The translations under genes were made by a program, and so were the position numbers. The notes beneath the pieces were generated by a model. The model was not told where the DNA came from. It saw only the letters and a list, made by a program, of their open reading frames with translations, and searched no databases. From contig CBFFRP010000069.1 of assembly GCA_965644295.1 (NCBI GenBank), forward strand, positions 186,001 to 250,000: DNA of 64,000 bases. The letters run 5' to 3'. Below, piece after piece: positions 12,945-25,233 of the stretch. How positions within the stretch are numbered: the first letter of the stretch is position 1; each line of letters opens with the position of its first letter. Origin of the DNA: Paraphysomonas bandaiensis. Its lineage: Eukaryota; Protista; Chrysophyceae.

Positions 12945-13466
12945 TAGGGCCGTTTTAAAAAGTCGGACTCGCACCTTTTCGTGGTGTTCTGGGGGATAAG
13001 TACCGGAGAGATTCTCTCTGGGAAACTAACGTGAGCCGCAAACATAGTCAGCAGATATTCTTCTGCCCACTCATAGCCGAATGCTTGTGTGGTACAAGGG
13101 GCACCAATAAGTGTCACTTGTGTAGACGTCTTTGGGCCCTGACGAATAAACAGGCACTCGGGAATGGTCCCTGACGAATAAACAGGCATCCGGGACAGGG
13201 CCCACCTGAAGGGTAACCGGGGTATTGGGCTGCCTGATGAAGTCAAGCTTCCGGGATGTTCACCTCTTAAGAACTCAGAGCGGAAGTGGTCGCACCTTGG
13301 TGCTTGCGGCGATGCACAAGCAACTTCCGTAGCATTGAATAGCAAGATTAAAAAAGTGTGTACTGATTATAGTTACGGGTAGAGGTCTAACTAGTTTGTC
13401 TAGAGCATTCATCTAGCTACTAAGTTTGTGCAGGTTTTTAACGCCTATTGCTAATAATAAGACTTT
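12945..13466 (+). mobile_element. SINE-like repeat, copy D (longest)
   Basis: Flanked by near-perfect direct repeat caata[g/c]tattg (12934-12944, 13467-13477); ends ...gctaataataagacttt; no coding capacity. Confidence 0.8.
12946..13037 (+). ncRNA. Candidate HDV-like self-cleaving ribozyme at the 5' end of the SINE-like element
   Basis: P1 AGGGC/GTTCT, P2 CTCGC/GTGAG, P3 ACC/GGT, L3 TTTTCGT, G-run, P4 CCGGAGAG/CTCTCTGG, J4/2 ...CTAAC; non-canonical in P1.1 and J4/2 length. Confidence 0.4.
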
Positions 13467-13873
13467 CAATACTATTGATGGAACGCTATCTAACAAAAGT
13501 ATTTGAAATATATTTTTCCCTATCTTGTGCGACTATGTTAAATAAATTGAAGTTATTTTTGTGAGTGAAAATTTTATGTTATCCATGCCAAATATTTTGA
13601 AACAGAGTTAGCAGTTAGCTCCAAGTGTAAAAACCACACAAGGAGAGCAGCAAATCTTAGCTTGTGGACAAGAGACAACAACTTCGCTGTATATATAAAT
13701 GTCACCTATCAATAGGACACCTCTTTACGGCTTTCGTAAAAGAAAATTTCGGATTAGTACTATACTGTTCAACGCGTGTAGTTCATAATATATCAAAAGA
13801 AACACATCTATAACATCTAAAATTATATGTTCAGTACACTAGGTCTGTATCCAGTACTTGAAAACATCGGCGG

Positions 13874-16800
13874 CTATAAGAACATCGCAAATAAGGCAGA
13901 CATGGATCTATCAGATAAATGCTGACTGCGTAGCAGTTGACGGAAAACAACATGTGATGCAACGTGAACTTTAACGCCGACATGTACACCTTCTTTGGGC
14001 AAAGTTTCCAAAGAATTCGAATTGGACCGTTTACGTTTTGTCGTTATCATTTCTCTCAAACACATTGCCAATACTTTCAACTCTTCTAATAAAAATTTTG
14101 CTGCTTGCTCGAGTGCGACTTCTAGAGGCGTCAAATTCAACCGTTGCAAACTGTGACATTTAAGTCCATTCGTGTTCAGATTATAATAAACTGATGGCAT
14201 ATGCCTCTGGATTCCACAATCATAGATGGAACTTATAGTGACAAACACTCTTGCATCATCTCTGTCATCACCATCTTCAATATTTGACGTCTGAGTACCC
14301 GCAAGCACATACTTACGACAAGTCTCGTAGTTCTCGCAACCATGTACGTGGATAAGAATCTGAGAAGGTCTTTTCAGCAATAATTCTCTGAATACAACTT
14401 GTGCACGGGAAGAGGGTACAATGCTACTATCAACAGTACGTTCCAATGTAGAACTATAAGAAACAGATCCACTATGTGGTAATTTCTCTATAGACAGCTC
14501 TACGTCACTGTCACTGTTAGATTCTGAATCATAGGCATCGTCGAAAGAAGTGACTACCTGCTGAGGACGAGAAAAGCTAATCTTATCCACTTGCTGACCC
14601 ACACTGGACATTAGAGAAAATAAAGGATCAGAACTGTCCGTGCGGGAGTCGAGATCAAAAGGAAGCGGGCTACTGTTGACTATGAAAGATGCCCCCCCCA
14701 TGAAGCTATGGTGAAATATACGATGTTGTAACTGCTCTGAACAGCATTCGCTTAATGTACGACGAGCAGATTCAATCATGCTATCGACATTCTTCCACAT
14801 GTAGGTGTCACATGTAAAACTATAACACGTACGAATCACATGAGTAGGATAAAGAACGCGCTGATATTCTTTGTACACACTATCTTCAGAGTTTGGAGCC
14901 ACTTTTCCAGCCGGAGGTATGACGACAACTCCACATTCTCTGATGTTCCTATAACACAATACTTTAGCATTATATAATGACGTAATACGTTTCTCAAACC
15001 ATTGAGGAATAAATAAACAATCTTCATGAGGTTTGGAACCTTTCCCTGGGCGTCTGAAGAGACGATTTTGTTGATGCTTGCACCATCTCGATTGCTGATA
15101 CAACTCCGTTTTGACTTCAGCTTTGCTGCAGAGCAAAGACGTCAATCCAGATGTGGTTTTCGCATTAAGGTCTTGGCGAGAATCTTCACATTCATTCCAT
15201 GAAACACATATCCTTATGAGCTCAGATAATGACAAAATATCTGGAACAGTCCGTAATGCCTCCACAATGCCGCACGATCTAACCCCCTTTTCACCTTTCG
15301 GCTCAGACTGAGTATGTGATATGTCAACACCCGAGGCGACCAGCTCTATATGAGCGGACAATAGCGCCACCTCTCCAGGAGGTAAATAGTCAGCCACTCC
15401 TGAGTGAACTACACACGGTGGGAAGCAACCAGAGGATATACCGGCTGATGGAATGTGGTCCGCAGTTATATGCACATCAAACATGCATGTTGCACTGCAC
15501 AGAAAAAGTCAAATGGCAGCACAATATACAACTAACACTTCGTGTACATCAGGACAATAAACCGATATACCATACCTAGATATATTCTTTAAACATACTA
15601 GGACCACCATGTTCGACCCATCTGATTCAGGAATGATGCGACACATAACATCCACAATGTGAACACAACCGCCTGGAGATAAAACACTTTTCAAAGCATG
15701 TAATCTAGATTCGGTGACTGGGTCCCCTGCACCTGCACATGCCAGAAACGTTAAATCACGCAAAAACAATCTTCACTTAGATAGCAAGCACATAGGGTAC
15801 AACTTATGAATTTATAAGCTTGTGAGAGGGAACATAACGTTGACGAAAGTGGGATGTATACTCAAGATAACACATGCGAACATACACACCTCTGGATTCA
15901 GTTGTACATTCAGCAGAATGACCTTCAGAGTATGCACTCTCTTGTGGTACCTCCGGACAGTGTATGGAAGCTGTACTCGTCGTACTTCCAATGTGAGCTT
16001 TAAGAAACAATTTGCCCCCTTTCCCTTTCGTTCTCTGAGTCGATTGATTGCGGAGATTCATCATCGACGGACGTGATAAAATTTCCACAGATGACGACGA
16101 TGAATGAGTAATTGGCTCAAGTGCTTCATTTAAGCCACGCGTGTCACCATATAAACCTTCTAGCACACCTGGCGCATGAACAACATTTGATAGGAGTTTT
16201 TTTCCGTGTGTCATAGCTCTGCCCCTACACAGATCCCTGACAGTTTCCGTCAGCGCTAACATCTGCATTTGCTTCTCTCGTAGTCCTGATAGTTTAGTTC
16301 GAACAGTCATTTGGGATTGCAATAATCGTGACTGAAGAGCCTTAAGCACAGCTTCTTGTTTTTCTTTATCCGCAGACTGTAAAGACACCCCGTTGTTTGA
16401 AGAACGAGCTGAAGTTGCTTTCAGCCGTTTAGTCTCACATTCTTTTTCGCCACGTCTGCTATGATTTTTTCTCTTTCGGATCTTATTGCACACTTCTTCG
16501 CCTTCAGCGATGTCATTAGAATCATACTTAATTCGATCCCTCTTCTGCTTCTTCTCTTTCTTCTTACGCTTCTTGTGGGATGCATGGCCTACTTCACAAG
16601 TGGTATCCAATGGTGACTGGATAATGTGCTTATCTAGGACGTACGTGTCGTACTCATAATCATATGAATGCTTCTTCAGAGCTAGAAAAAGTAGTAATAT
16701 TGAGACTACAATGACTGAAATCGTTTGGGAGTAATGTAGGTACAGATATTATAAGTACACACTGCATTGCAACGTACAATATGCATTTCTGCATTCAGCA

Positions 16801-19038
16801 ATGAAAAAATGCGGGAACATAGAATCTATTTGTGATACCAACCTTTCCAAGAAGTGTTATACGACGACACAAATCTCGCTTGGAATGAGCTACCAGGTGG
16901 AGTCAATTCCACTGCGGCCCATTGTAGTGGATTGGTTGAAGTGTCAGTAACTTCGCCTGAAAAAACATGAACATAGAAACGAATAATTTAGACAGAATAT
17001 ATGTGTACCCACACCATGAAATTTTAAGTACAAGTATTAGCCCACATAGTATACTCAAATAGAGGTATTAACAACGTAAAGCGCACCGGATTCAACTAAA
17101 ACAGAATGCGGGCTATATTCAGTGACCCAGAAAGCAACACCTAATCTTTGAACCTCATCAGGAGAAATCAAGAGTAGCTATACATACACAATATTCAGTC
17201 AAATTCGTAAAAATATATCATCACAACACCTGATATGTTAGAGAAGAGAAGGAAGATGTGACTCCATATGCCCCAATCGACTCGAAGACTACAATCACTA
17301 CATGTTAGACCAAACATCTCCAACAGCTACAATTATGAGAATATACTGTTCACATAGTAGCGAAAATATTCCGCCTGACCAACAAATAATATTATTGTAC
17401 ACACTTCCGAATAAATATAAAAGAGTATTGAGTGCTCTCTGTACCATAATACGGCACAATCAATACCTTGAACTGGACTAAGAGTATTCGCACATACAAC
17501 GCATACTTTGCCGCCAGATTTAGGATTACTACGAGATTCCGAAGCCACAAGCAACAGATCACGATTCCCACCCAATCGAATGATGTCACTGGTAATAAAT
17601 ATAAATGAACACAGAATGAACCCTACATCTTACGGCTATTGTGCCAAAAGGAAGGTGACATGGTATGCTATACGATAAAATAATATATAATAATACATAT
17701 AGATATCATACATGCCGTATTTTTTCGAATAGCACAAGGTAACATGAAAGGTACTGAGATAGTCTCTTTTGTAGAAAACTTGTACTACTGCCACACTACG
17801 TTGTTAAATATAATACCAACCGGCAGTACCAACAAGGCTACATATGAAGCTCCATTTCAATGCAACATCTACTAGTACTCTAAAAGTGATATGGGTATAT
17901 ATAGCACCAAAATATTTTGGCATTATATATACTGTAGTAGACTTACATGTTAGTTATAATCACGCAGCTATTTTCCACACTTCCGAGCTGCCCCTCCATA
18001 TAACCTGAACGTTCTTCCCTTTCACCAGCAACACATACCGACAGAAGTTTACCACCAGAAGTGCCACAGACAATGTGAACTGCATTCTCCGCCTCAATCG
18101 TTTTAGAACTCGTAATACGGTCATAAATATATACACAGGACACTTGAGATTGGTCGATGGGTAGTCCTAAAGAGTTCGGACCACTTTCTTCAGAGAAATA
18201 TGACATATACGGTACCTACAAACGTGTGAGACGATATAGATATATTGATAGCTGAGAGTCTGAAAAGAGGGAAGTGCATCAAAATGATGAGCCTTACCGC
18301 GCTGAAATGCTCACATGAACTATCAGAAGATAAAATATCAATATTCTTCACAAACGCCTCTAAAATTCGCTCAATTGCAATAAAACGGTGTATATACTCC
18401 CCACTTTCGTCATACAATGCGACTATAGCACCTCGCTTGCCATGAAAGGAGCAGTTCTTTACAGAACGGATATGGTAATTCTCTGGAAGTCTAATACGAA
18501 CACTACTCCTGGAATTTATACAGCTTGATTCGGGGTGTAGAGTTGATATTACTAGTTCAGTTTGTTGTTGATAAAGCAATAAGGGTCCATCTATTACGTC
18601 TATCCGCTCAACATCTGTACGATGTTATAATATCAAAAAGTAAAAGACATAACCATACCTATAGGGACATGAGATGTACATAAGCGCTTTGGTTTGATAT
18701 AATCATTGTATGATGTATCAATTAACAATGAAAAATACCAACTGACTTTACTTCTTAATAATACCACTGTACAACTCCTATATATAGAATTACATATATA
18801 GACAATGCTGTTATACAGTCTTTTACCTGTCATGATCCAGTAAATGTACTGTAAATATACCATGTGTAGACAAGTCATATGAATCCTCTGTATATATATG
18901 TTAATATATAGAAACTAGTGTGTATGTATGTATGTATGTATGACCTTCTATAATATTGATAATGTTGAGAGATAACTCGGACTTGTTTGGATCTACAGAT
19001 AATCTGCATAGAGAGTTTGATTGACAAAGTGCAAGCAT
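13874..19038 (-). CDS. Large multi-exon uncharacterised protein (many short beta-rich 5' exons, Lys-rich insert, coiled coil, 536-codon last exon)
   Basis: ORFs 13874-15484, 15509-15769, 15804-16610 (open upstream to an AG acceptor near 16682), further exon-like segments up to ATG at 19038; single-gene model and exact start uncertain. Confidence 0.55.
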
Positions 19039-19150
19039 TATACTGTAAGAGATAGAGCTGATATAGTTATGCTTCTGTGATCTACTTCACACGAATGATA
19101 TTCACACATACCATACATACACATACCTACACACACAGATGTACACTGCC

Positions 19151-19855
19151 GTATGTATGTATGTATGTATGTATGTATGTATGTATGTATGTATGTATGT
19201 ATGTATGTATGTATGTATGTATGTATGTATGTATGTATGTATGTATGTATGTATGTATGTATGTATGTATGTATGTATGTATGTATGTATGTATGTATGT
19301 ATGTATGTATGTATGTATGTATGTATGTATGTATGTATGTATGTATGTATGTATGTATGTATGTATGTATGTATGTATGTATGTATGTATGTATGTATGT
19401 ATGTATGTATGTATGTATGTATGTATGTATGTATGTATGTATGTATGTATGTATGTATGTATGTATGTATGTATGTATGTATGTATGTATGTATGTATGT
19501 ATGTATGTATGTATGTATGTATGTATGTATGTATGTATGTATGTATGTATGTATGTATGTATGTATGTATGTATGTATGTATGTATGTATGTATGTATGT
19601 ATGTATGTATGTATGTATGTATGTATGTATGTATGTATGTATGTATGTATGTATGTATGTATGTATGTATGTATGTATGTATGTATGTATGTATGTATGT
19701 ATGTATGTATGTATGTATGTATGTATGTATGTATGTATGTATGTATGTATGTATGTATGTATGTATGTATGTATGTATGTATGTATGTATGTATGTATGT
19801 ATGTATGTATGTATGTATGTATGTATGTATGTATGTATGTATGTATGTATGTATG

Positions 19856-19887
<32 letters not shown>

Positions 19888-20430
19888 TGTATGTATGTAT
19901 GTATGTATGTATGTATGTATGTATGTATGTATGTATGTATGTATGTATGTATGTATGTATGTATGTATGTATGTATGTATGTATGTATGTATGTATGTAT
20001 GTATGTATGTATGTATGTATGTATGTATGTATGTATGTATGTATGTATGTATGTATGTATGTATGTATGTATGTATGTATGTATGTATGTATGTATGTAT
20101 GTATGTATGTATGTATGTATGTATGTATGTATGTATGTATGTATGTATGTATGTATGTATGTATGTATGTATGTATGTATGTATGTATGTATGTATGTAT
20201 GTATGTATGTATGTATGTATGTATGTATGTATGTATGTATGTATGTATGTATGTATGTATGTATGTATGTATGTATGTATGTATGTATGTATGTATGTAT
20301 GTATGTATGTATGTATGTATGTATGTATGTATGTATGTATGTATGTATGTATGTATGTATGTATGTATGTATGTATGTATGTATGTATGTATGTATGTAT
20401 GTATGTATGTATGTATGTATGTATGTATGT
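19151..20430. repeat. (TATG)n microsatellite, ~1.28 kb
   Basis: Near-perfect tetranucleotide array with one variant near 19858. Confidence 0.99.
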
Positions 20431-20655
20431 CCGATTCCAGTCGTTAGAAATTCAATTCAAATTTAAATATATCAGAATACAGTTCATCTCTATACTATAC
20501 ACTTATATACGTCTATGTCCGTTGAGTAGATTTGAATACTGTGATGTTGTTATAGAGGGTTACAATCGTATCTATAGACAACTCCATCATCCTCCTTATA
20601 TACACATATACTTACTACATTATTCTATATATAAAACATATTAGTAATAGAAGAC

Positions 20656-22914
20656 ATGTTCAGAACATCTTCGAATACATCAAGTGTCCTGTTATCACAA
20701 GATGATACAGGTCGAACACCTATTGATCGAGATCCTCCTAATACATGGGGATTTTCACCACTTAGAAAACGTGGAAAACCAGGAAAAATATCAAGTATAT
20801 TAGGAATAGAAGATGAAGGAAGATCAAACTTGTTTAGTGTAACAATGTCTCAAGATAACTCACAGATAGGCACTCAATCTACTGAGATTAAGACAGATGC
20901 TCATATAGAGGGGTTTGATGACACTTCTTCTAATGATGTATTTGCGGTACCATCTTTAACACCAAAATTTGCATCATCGAAAATTGATTCAAGTGCAGAG
21001 GTTTCTACAGAGAAGAAAATAACGATATCACCTGCAGTAGTAAACCCCTTTCTTCGTGATGGACCGAAATCCAATAAACACAAACGTCCCACAACAATAT
21101 GGATTCAGCCCTACAAAGAGCGATCACGATATTTGACGGACTTTGAGGATGAGGGGGTGTTAGGAGAAGGCACGTTTTCTGTTGTATACCGTGCAAGGAA
21201 ACGTACTGATGGTGTAGAGTATGCTGTCAAACGCTTGACCACTCGTATCCACCATGATTCCGAGGGTGCCCACATGCTCCGTGAAGTATGCGCGCTAGCT
21301 GCTTTAGATGGTTGTCCCAATTTAGTGCAGTACTATAATTCTTGGGTAGAAGATGGCTACGTGTGGTTGCAAATGGAATTGTGTTTGAAAACGAATCTCG
21401 ATGTGTTTGTGCTTGGCGCACAAAGTCAGCATAGTATAGAAAGCTCGACTCCACGTAGTGCTATATTTTCTTTGGATGATGATAATTGTTCAGGTAGCGT
21501 AGATGAAAATAAAGATGACATAGCTACTCAAGTTGATGAGCCTGGTCCTCTCGTCCCGCAATCAGAGCTATTCACGGAACGAGTTTTTTGGAGAGTATTG
21601 CATGGCGTATGCAGCGCCTTGTCGTTTATGCACTCAAAGGGTACGTATGGTATTTTATACTTCATTGGAATCTATAATCTACTTGCTGTATGTTTTATGT
21701 TGAATGTATTGGCTTCTAATCTACACTCTCTATCCAGGAATGGCTCATCTGGACATCCGCCCTGCTAACATACTTCTCTCACTAAAGAAATCCCCCTCTT
21801 CTGGTTTACCTGCCACTGCTTACGAATCCTGTGATTCTGTAGAACCCTCTGTTAGTTTGTACTCTCAGTTGAAATGCGGCGATGTATCCAGATCGTTGAC
21901 TATGACACCATCATCTAGCATTTCTGGTGGAGATAGTCAAGATTCGATTCGGCCTCCTCCGATTACGATACCGCTTATACGATACCGAACGGCCGACAAT
22001 GTCCCTCCACCTTCACCTTCCATCACCCCTGAAAGCGTTAGAGACAACCTTACTACCGGCCAATGGGAGATTAAATTAGGGGATCTGGGTGAGTTGATTG
22101 TGTTAATAATGTTTTTGATATATATATTATGCTTTCTTATGATTCAATATTATGTTTACAGGGCTCTGCTGCAATTTTGGCGATTACTCGATGTTTTCAG
22201 AAGGGGAGAGCAGATATTGTGCAGGTGAGATATAACGGTGAACAGTTACTTCATATGATTGGTTGATATGATTGTATGCGGTTTTGATATTTTCTCCACG
22301 GTTTAGTGGCTGTGTTCAATATTACTTTGGATTGACTATCGTTTGGTTTATTTTATAGGAGAACTCATTAGCGGTTCGTCAAAATCTATTGACTTTGCCA
22401 AAGCCGATGTATTCTCTGTTGGAGCCTCACTATTAGAACTCTGTACTGGTAAACCCCTCAGCACCGGAGGGGATGCTAATGGGGAATGGCACAGCCTACG
22501 AGATGGAACGTTCTTTAAAGATAATCAGCTACCTGGTTATAATGGTGATCGCGATATTACGATGTACTCCGAGGGAGTACAAAGTGCAATTAAACAGGTA
22601 CTTTATAGAGACTATATTTGTTTGTACATTTACATTAGTGCCTGAATTTATCTTAGAAAGCATAAAACATTTTCACTCATAATTTCCAACAGATGCTTCA
22701 TCACGAGGCGAAGCAGCGTCCTGATGCGACAACACTCCGTGATTGGGCTTCTCAGGAAATTCGGAAGCATCCAGTTACACCTAAATCTTCTTTGCGGGTT
22801 CAAGAAAATGCATCACCTGATGCGAGTATCATAGAAAGGCTACAGACTGAAATTCAGCGTCTTGAAGCTGAGAACTATAAACTGCGCAACTTATCGAAAA
22901 GTAGAAGTGAATAG
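20656..22914 (+). CDS. WEE1: Wee1/Myt1-family protein kinase; exons approx 20656-21640, 21738-22088, 22162-22224, 22359-22597, 22693-22914
   Basis: SRY..DF...LGEGTFSVVY...DG.EYAVK, REV.ALAAL, HLDIRPANI, KLGDLG, EGESRY, ADVFS.G, WH.LR.G; C-terminal coiled coil. Confidence 0.85.
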
Positions 22915-23619
22915 ATACGTGTGTGGGCACAAATAGATTGAGTATAACTGATTATCGATATTATACAGTATTGTTGTACCAATTTAGTTCGACATATTTT
23001 GTAGAGAATCTGCTTTAAAATTGTAATATTCAGTTAAAGGTACAAGTTCTTTGAGATTGTTTCTGAAAATTTTGCTTTGTTAGAAAATGACATAACTGGA
23101 GAATACTTTCACTCTATTATGCTGACATTATAAGTTATAATCAATAATCAATGTCACTTATCACTCGCCAATTTCATGTTATCTCTACTACCCTCATTTC
23201 TCGTACGATCTTACTTCGTCACTAACTTGGCTGCATCGTCACTATATTCCGCTTCACTACTATATACTCATCGTCATGGTATTAACTCTCATAATACAGT
23301 TAACCACAACTCTGTATACTAGTCGTAACGCTTATAATTTAAATTCCTTATAACTACAGCTTTCAATTGTTCTAAAAAAAAGAACTTAACACTCCCTCTC
23401 AATTCAAAGCTGTAGATAGACTCTTCATATAACCAGTCATACAGACGGATTCGCAACCACTTAAAAACCACATTTAGGATAGCTGCACACCTCAGAATTT
23501 GCAACAGTAGAGATTTACCTCTGCAGTATCATCCATCGAAACACCTTTTGCTTGTGATCAAAACTCGTGCAAATGGTTATCGATTGAAGAATATATCACC
23601 TTTTAAATAGAGGCTAGTA

Positions 23620-23759
23620 CAGGGCCTGGTAACCGTTAATGGTAATGCCATTATAATTACCGGGAACTGGACTACCACTAATGGCATCCCATTAATGACA
23701 TGTACTGGTACTTTATACATGCTATATATAGAACTGAGTGCTTTTATATACAGGCACTG
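23620..23759. mobile_element. hAT-like MITE, copy 1
   Basis: CAGGGCCTG...CAGGCACTG termini; perfect 8-bp TSD ggctagta (23612-23619, 23760-23767); homologous (inverted) to 27963-28076. Confidence 0.85.
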
Positions 23760-23769
23760 GGCTAGTATA

Positions 23770-24250
23770 TAGTTGTTCTAAATCGTTTCGGGTCTCGAGG
23801 GATGCCTGCAACTTCGTTTTTTCGCGATATCGGTGGGTTGTTCTCTTAGCTCGGACATTTTTGTGAAATGACGTTCAATCGGTAGATAGCTGCACACACG
23901 AGTTCCCCCGGTAGAATTTTGAATCCTGCAAACTTCTTATTCAATTCAACTAGCTCATACGTTTTTCTCACTTGTGCTCCCCAGGAGAGTTTTAATACAT
24001 ATATTTTATAGTCGGGTTTACATGCCTTTATTAACTCTGAACTGTTCGTATTGCAATTTGGGCTCATTATTTAGAGCTTGAATGTATATTGGTGTGAAAT
24101 TAAAAGCGTAGGAGGCCCAGATGGTTTATGAGCCATACTGTCAGTTTCTTTGACCAGTTGACTACACCGAACTGATCAAATTCAGGGAGTTGCTTCCAAT
24201 CCGAACTATCAGACGCTACCATATTGAAAGTAGGCATTATTAGCAGGTTA
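23770..24250 (-). pseudogene. Decayed Copia 5' end: LTR end + PBS + gag fragment (third family member)
   Basis: Minus strand reads ...ctactttcaata|TGGTAGCG, then 'LPEFDQ..WSKKL.VWL.NHLGL' and 'FKILPGE.V..AI.RLNVI.QK', matching Gag of the element at 49999 (NHLGLE; FKIRPGEKVSVGVDRLNGIIQK). Confidence 0.75.
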
Positions 24251-24258
24251 AGTAAGCA

Positions 24259-24375
24259 TGATAGTTTGGATTGGAAACTACTCCCCAAGTTTGATCAGTT
24301 CGGTAAAGTCAAGTGGTCAAAGAAACTGAGAGTATGGCTCATGAGAAAGAACATAAATCATCTGGGCCTAGAGTA
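24259..24375 (+). pseudogene. Second gag 5' fragment, inverted relative to 24113-24211
   Basis: Translates DWKLLPKFDQFGKVKWSKKLRVWLMRKNINHLGLE*. Confidence 0.7.
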
Positions 24376-25121
24376 GCCAAGCGTATTCCAAATTAGAGTT
24401 GCAACTCGTAAGTATTATAATTGTACAAAATCACTTTGAAAATCAAAGCAAAAAAAATCATTTCCCAAGCAACAACCAAATGAATTAGCAAACAGACAAA
24501 CTACAATATTCTGCCTTCGTTACACAAAGATGACACAGCAGTCAAAGATACTTGCTCTTTATATAGCCAATAGATTAGAGGATTCAGATCACGAATGTCT
24601 CACCAATATCACCCTCGCATATAAACTCTTAGCAACACCCGTGTTGTCAACTAATCAGGCATTTAATTTAGTAATATATAAGGACTGATTAACTATATAG
24701 CATTCAACGAACTCACAGTCATATTCCCATTGTAATCTATGCCTGTATTGTTGTAATTCTTTCTGGAGATTGGCTTAATTGGCTCCACTTTAAAGCATGG
24801 CATTCAATATGGTCAGAGGTCTGAGCCCTGATATAAATGCTCAATACCTGTCTGTTATATATACAGGAATCATGATGCTTCGTTCTGCAGTATTAGATGT
24901 ATAGGCTGTATTTTCTCTGTGTATTATCTTTCTACTGCTATATATAACTGTATGATATGAGGAGTTTTGCCGCCCATCAACACCAGCAAGAAGGATGTAT
25001 ATATATAGCCGATATACTCTCCACAAAGTTAATCATACCATAATACTATCTAATAGTCCCACTATAATAGTCGATGCATATGATTGAATGTAATTGAATA
25101 TTAAGATATCATACATCATAT

Positions 25122-25233
25122 CATCCATCTGCTTTACAAGTAGAAGCTTCCATACCATCCATCTGCTTTACAAGTAGAAGCTTCCATACCATCCATCTGC
25201 TTTACAAGTAGAAGCTTCCATACCATCCATCTG
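25122..25233. repeat. 34-bp tandem repeat x3.3
   Basis: catccatctgctttacaagtagaagcttccatac repeated with no spacers. Confidence 0.95.

Noticed and set aside
13138-13250. Hammerhead ribozyme suggested by CTGACGA/CTGATGA motifs
   Set aside because: No stem II followed by GAAA and no stem III/NUH arrangement could be built
12923-13345. 140-aa ORF (and 5966-6232) in the repeat family
   Set aside because: Antisense to the inferred element, frame not conserved among copies, no domain
19151-20430. Telomeric or centromeric repeat interpretation
   Set aside because: Internal, flanked by genes, lacks a G-run telomere motif, and recurs at several promoters
19077-20644. Long MYVC/YIHT-repeat ORFs (also 38150-39080 and 47854-48400)
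   Set aside because: Artefacts of stop-free (TATG)n arrays open in all frames
23130-23380. Diffuse similarity to 37010-37250
   Set aside because: Probably old TE debris, but too degenerate to classify or bound
25122-25233. CRISPR-like 34-bp repeats
   Set aside because: Directly tandem with no spacers, no cas genes, eukaryotic context
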